Assembly: GCA_016781225.1 (NCBI GenBank)
Contig: JADDQT010000001.1
Location: forward strand, 10,537-49,656
Length of the DNA stretch: 39,120 nt
Origin: Actinomycetota bacterium
Lineage (GTDB): Bacteria; Actinomycetota; Acidimicrobiia; Acidimicrobiales; GCA-2861595
Direction: 5' to 3'
The position numbers and the translations under genes are program-made. The notes under the pieces were generated by a model. It had not been told where the DNA came from. It searched no databases and saw nothing but the letters and a program-made list of their open reading frames with translations. Positions 35,321 to 39,120 of this stretch are shown one piece after another (position 1 is the first letter of the stretch; each line of letters starts with the position of its first letter).

Positions 35321-38300
35321 CTACGCGACCGCTGCGGCGAAAGCGGCGTAGAGATCCCCGGGGAGCGGATGGTGCAGCTCCCAGGTTATTGCCATTGGCT
35401 TCTCGCCTACGTGGCCTCGATAGGTGGCGGGGCCGAGGAACCAAAAGGATCGCTCGTCGGCCCGGAGGCGGGTGAACAGCAGGATCGCCCGGCCCTCGCG
35501 CTCGTGGTTGCGGTACCGCATGCCGGTGGCGCTGTCGGCTCGAGTCTTCGACTGGCTCTCCCAGTGGACCAGCGTGCGGCTGATGGCGTAGTCCCGGTAC
35601 CTCGTGGTGGGGGAGAAGCTGCCGCTGCTCTTGTCCAGAGTGAAGGCGAACAGTTCGGCGTTCGCCTCCTTGGCCTCGTACACGCCGCTCTGCCAGGCGG
35701 CGATCTTGGCGCCGGGGCTCAGGGCAAAGGCGGCGAGGATCTCGATGCGGCTGTAGCGGGCGTGGACCTGGAGTGGCGCTTCGGGATGGGTGGAGAGGCG
35801 GCGGTGCACGTGATCGACGCGGTCGGCGAGCACCGCCAGGAGGTCGAGTAGCTCGACTCGCACTTGGGGATGCGTCCACAGGAGATCGACTGCCTCCTGC
35901 ACCGTGCGTTCGCGAGTGAGAGCCCGGTCGGCGATCGGGGCGACGAGCATGTGGAGGAGCCTCCGCTCTCGCTCGGCCAGTGCTGACACTGTTGGGTTAG
36001 CGGGGTTGCTGAGGAGCCGCTGGTAGGTGCCTATCCGTTCCTCGTCGTCGACATGGAGGAGGCGGCCGACGGCGCGCCGAAGCATCGGCTCATGCGGACC
36101 GGCCGGGAGCACGGGCGCGTCGGCCGCCTGGCGAAGGTCTGACCAGCTCTTGCCGCCTTCATAGACATCGTCGAGGTCGAGCCCCGACTCGTCCAGGAAG
36201 CCGGCCAGGTCGATCTCCGGCCGGTCTCGGAGGAGCGAACGCAGCTCGTCGACCTTGGCTGGCCATCTTGAAGGGATGGCGTCGCGCAGGCTCCGCAACA
36301 CGATCTCCGCCGCCTTCTGGTCGAGCTGCATGTGGCACCCGGCCGGGAGGAAGGGGAACTGCAGCGCCACGGCTCGTTCGACGTCTCGGCGGGTGCCACC
36401 GAGCAGGGCCCGGTAGCGGCGGTCGAAGCGGAACTCCCTGCGGTGGATACCGACGAAGTCCAGAACGGTGCAGAAGGCCTTTCCCCTCGTCTTGCGCAGG
36501 CCCCGCCCGAGCTGCTGTAGGAAGAGGGTGGGACTCTCGGTCGGCCGGAGCATGAGGACGGTGTCAACGGCGGGAACGTCGACGCCCTCGTTGAACAGGT
36601 CGACGGAGAACACGGTTCGCACTCGACCTTCAGCCAAGTCCCGGAGTGCCGACTCTCGCTCGGCGCGCGGGCTGTCACCCCAAACGGCCACGGCATCGAT
36701 CCCGTGCCGTGTGAAGTGCTGGGCCATGAAGCGGGCGTGGTCGATGCTCACGCAAAAGCCGAGGCAGCGCATCGAAGTCGGTTCGACGTGCTGGGTGACT
36801 TGGTGCACTACGAGCCGAGCCCACGCGTCGGAGCTCGTGTACGCACCGCTGAGCGCTTCGACGTCGTACCCACGGCCCCTCCGCCAAGGAATTTGGCGCA
36901 GGCGAGGCCGTCGTGAATCCCGAAGTAGAGGAACGGGGCGAGGTACTGCTGGTCGATCGCATCCCAGAGGCGCAGCTCGGCAGCGATGCGGTCGTCGAAC
37001 CATTGAAGGACTGGGAGGCCGTCGCTACGTTCCGGTGTGGCAGTGAGACCGAGCAGCTCAACAGGGGCGAGCCGGCGGAGCACCCGCTCGTATGACGCTG
37101 CGGCAGCGTGGTGGAACTCGTCGACGATGACCACGTCGAAGTGATCAGCCGCGAGGGCATCGAGCCCGCTGGCGTTGATGCTCTGGATTGAGGCGAAGAC
37201 ATGATCGAACCTGGCAGGTCGCGATCTGCCGACCCACTTTTCGCCGAATGACGCCTCACGTAGCGCGTAGCGGAAGGTGCCGACGCTCTGGTCGAGGATC
37301 TCTTCCCGGTGGGCGATGAAGAGCAGGCGTGATCGCTCTAGCTGCTGGCGAAGCCGCCCGTAGTCGACAGCCGCCATCACGGTCTTGCCGGTGCCGGTCG
37401 CTGCGACGAGCAAATTCCGATGGTGTCCGCCCTGGCGTGACAGCTCGAGCAGCTCCAGGAGTCTCTCCTGAAAGGGAAGCGGCCGAAGCTCGATCGGACT
37501 CAGGATGACCTGTGGTCCACTGTCCGCCAGGCCGGCTCGGCGTCGCTCGTCCTCGAACTGCTCGGGGTCGTAGGCCAGGAAGTCGCCGGCTGCCCAATAG
37601 CTGTCGAACACAGCACCAAACTTGGCCAGGACATCGGGGTTTCGAGCCGCCGACGCTCGCACGTTCCACTCGAGGCCGGTGACCTGGGCCGAATGCGTGA
37701 GGTTCGACGAACCGACGTAGGCAGTCGAGAAGCCCGAGCGGCGATGGAAGATCCACGCCTTGGCGTGCAGCCGTGTCGTGCTCAAGTCGTAAGAGATACG
37801 CACCTCGGCGCCGAGGTCGACGAGCTGGTCCAAGGCTCGACGTTCGGTCGATCCCGTGTAGGTCGTGGTCAGGACCCGCAACGGCTTTCCCATGTCGCAA
37901 TGGCGTTCGAGCGAGTCGAGCAGGGGGGCGATGCCGCTGCGCCGGATGAATGCCATGACGACATCTACTGCGTCGGCCGAGTGGATTTCCGAGCGGAGCT
38001 GGTTCCACAGGCTGGGCTCACCGGGCGCGTTGGTGAGCAGCGTCGTGTCGAGCAGTGGGATCAGCGGCTCGCTGAAGGCGTCTGGGCTGCCATCCGGGCG
38101 CCGCCTCAGAATGGCGTGGAGCACTGTCGCCGGTTCCACCGGCACTGCCGACTCATCGAGCTCGACCAGCTCACCCAGCCGGTCGAGCAACGCCCGTGCA
38201 ACGCTCAGACCCACCTGGACCCGCTCGTCGTCGCGCACGTCGGCGAGGGCCCGCTCGATCTGACGGCTGAGGTGCCAGGCGATCCGGTCCGATGCTTCGG

Positions 38301-38412
38301 CAGCCCTGATCCCGCGTTGCTCGGTCGGAAACCGCTCGGCCAGCTGGTCCAGCTGGATCTTCAGACCCTCGCTGACGAGCGTCTCGTAGAGCCCCGGTCC
38401 CAACTCCTCCAT
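35321..38412 (-). pseudogene. SauUSI-like type IV (modification-dependent) restriction enzyme: PLD nuclease, SF2 helicase and DUF3427, split by a frameshift near 36895-36912
   Basis: The N-terminal ORF 36808..38412 carries the HKD motif (RLHAKAWIF...VGSSNLT), AATGTGKT, DEFHH and LGLTATPER. It ends off-frame after ...YFGIHDG. The second ORF 35321..37003 resumes with ...LRQIPWRRGRGYDVEAL and carries QQLGRGLR and a DUF3427-like tail (RYRDYAISRTLVHWESQS...ILLFTR). Confidence 0.75.
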
Positions 38413-38485
38413 AGCGCGAAGTTAGGTGGGAGTAGCGCTTGGCTGCTCACCCCTCCGGTCGGCTTGAATAGCGTCAAACACGGCT

Positions 38486-38665
38486 ATGAGCCTTCGGCTC
38501 ACCGATGATGAGCAGGCAGGGCTCCTGCGGGCCGAGCGCGAGGGCATCTCGCTGCAGGACGCGCCTCGGCGGGCCGTCCGCGACTACGCCGCCAAGGGCG
38601 AGCACCGTGACCGGGTGGCCGAGGCCGCCGAGCGGGTAAGGGCCCGCCCACGCCGAAGCCCTTGA
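38486..38665 (+). pseudogene. Diverged paralogue of the island RHH antitoxin, with a 1-nt indel altering the last ~14 aa
   Basis: MSLRLTDDEQAGLLRAEREGISLQDAPRRAVRDYAAKGEHRDRVAEAAERV aligns with the island antitoxin. The tail then reads RARPRRSP*. Removing one G would restore ...AHAEALERLQSE*. Confidence 0.6.
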
Positions 38666-38676
38666 ACGCCTGCAGA

Positions 38677-38818
38677 GTGAGTGAGCCGGTCGAAGGCCTC
38701 ATCCGGCGTGACGTAGGTGGTGAACGATGGCGTGCACCACTTCGTGATCGGCGTGGCGGTCGGCCACGACGACGTTGATGACATCGCTCAGGCCCTTCAC
38801 GATCTCGTGAGCCAATGA
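38677..38818 (+). pseudogene. Doc toxin remnant with an internal ~245-bp deletion
   Basis: GTG-AGT-GAG-CCG-GTC-GAA matches the island doc start (VNEPVE). At 38723-38818 a different frame reads NDGVHHFVIGVAVGHDDVDDIAQALHDLVSQ*, matching the island Doc C-terminus NDAVHDFVIDVTVGHQDVGEIAGAL. The Fic core is absent. Confidence 0.6.
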
Positions 38819-39120
38819 TCGGTGGCTGACCCAGCGGGTCCCCTGTTCGCTGAGCAGGAACCATCGACAGCGGGGTTGCGCCGGTCCGGTACACTCTGGC
38901 TGCGGGTGAAGGGCCACCCCCGACTCGGCGGTCACCAAGGACGCAGCCGGTGCGTCGATCGCCATTGGAAACAGAGCCCGCCGTGCTCGGTGCCCAATCC
39001 TCAAGCCGGGGAGCGGGTGAGGTCCGAACCGGGGAATGACGTGTCCCGTCGCACTGTCGGCGGCCTGCGGCGGAGGAACGCCGAATCACACACATGGACG
39101 ACACCAGACCAGCCGTTGAG

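Noticed and set aside
35115-35879. A 254-aa minus-strand ORF crossing attR from the SauUSI-like gene into doc.
   Set aside because: It is Arg/Pro-rich and in an alternate frame of the DUF3427 region. It is also antisense to doc, so it is an artefact of GC-rich sequence.
38450-38458. CCCCTCCGG, an 8/9 match to the att core, between the SauUSI-like gene start and the phd remnant. It hints that the SauUSI-like gene might be a core-flanked cassette.
   Set aside because: A GC-rich 9-mer with one mismatch is plausibly a chance match in 39 kb of high-GC DNA. The flanking arms show no similarity to the att arms.
38499-39104. Minus-strand ORFs of 201 aa and 101 aa at the right end of the window.
   Set aside because: They are antisense to the phd/doc remnant, Arg/Pro-rich, and have no motifs. 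I cannot annotate the last ~300 bp. A possible + strand ATG at about 39094 is too short to judge.

Overview
High-GC, Actinomycetota-like DNA. Bases 1-7200 are a conserved + strand housekeeping block: a partial SAM-methyltransferase, rapZ, yvcK, gap, pgk, tpiA, secG and a family-5 ABC solute-binding protein. It ends in tRNA-Leu(GAG) at 7263-7346.

From a 9-bp core (CCCCTCCGA, 7336-7344) inside the 3' end of that tRNA to 35300, the window holds two head-to-tail copies of one integrative island, with a period of exactly 13,978 bp. Each copy carries:
- a large serine recombinase whose 3' end is frameshifted
- a small HTH protein
- a double ribbon-helix-helix protein coupled to a possible PD-(D/E)XK nuclease
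- an SRA-like/HNH nuclease
- overlapping dcm-vsr
- an IS3-family insertion (GGGAAAA slippery site, ACCC target duplication)
- a tightly coupled four-gene operon of three winged-helix/HTH proteins plus a GHKL ATPase, which I cannot assign to any named system
- an ATTGCAAT palindrome array
- phd/doc

By ORF-track translations and spot checks the copies are identical, except for 7 substitutions clustered in the last ~150 bp. The island has no replication, conjugation or virion genes.

Right of the island lie a SauUSI-like type IV restriction gene (PLD nuclease, helicase, DUF3427) split by a frameshift, and a decayed second phd/doc pair.

The main candidates for follow-up are the GHKL/wHTH operon, the tandem island itself, and the concentration of m5C writer, repair and reader functions. 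All functional calls come from motif recognition by eye; no database search was possible.
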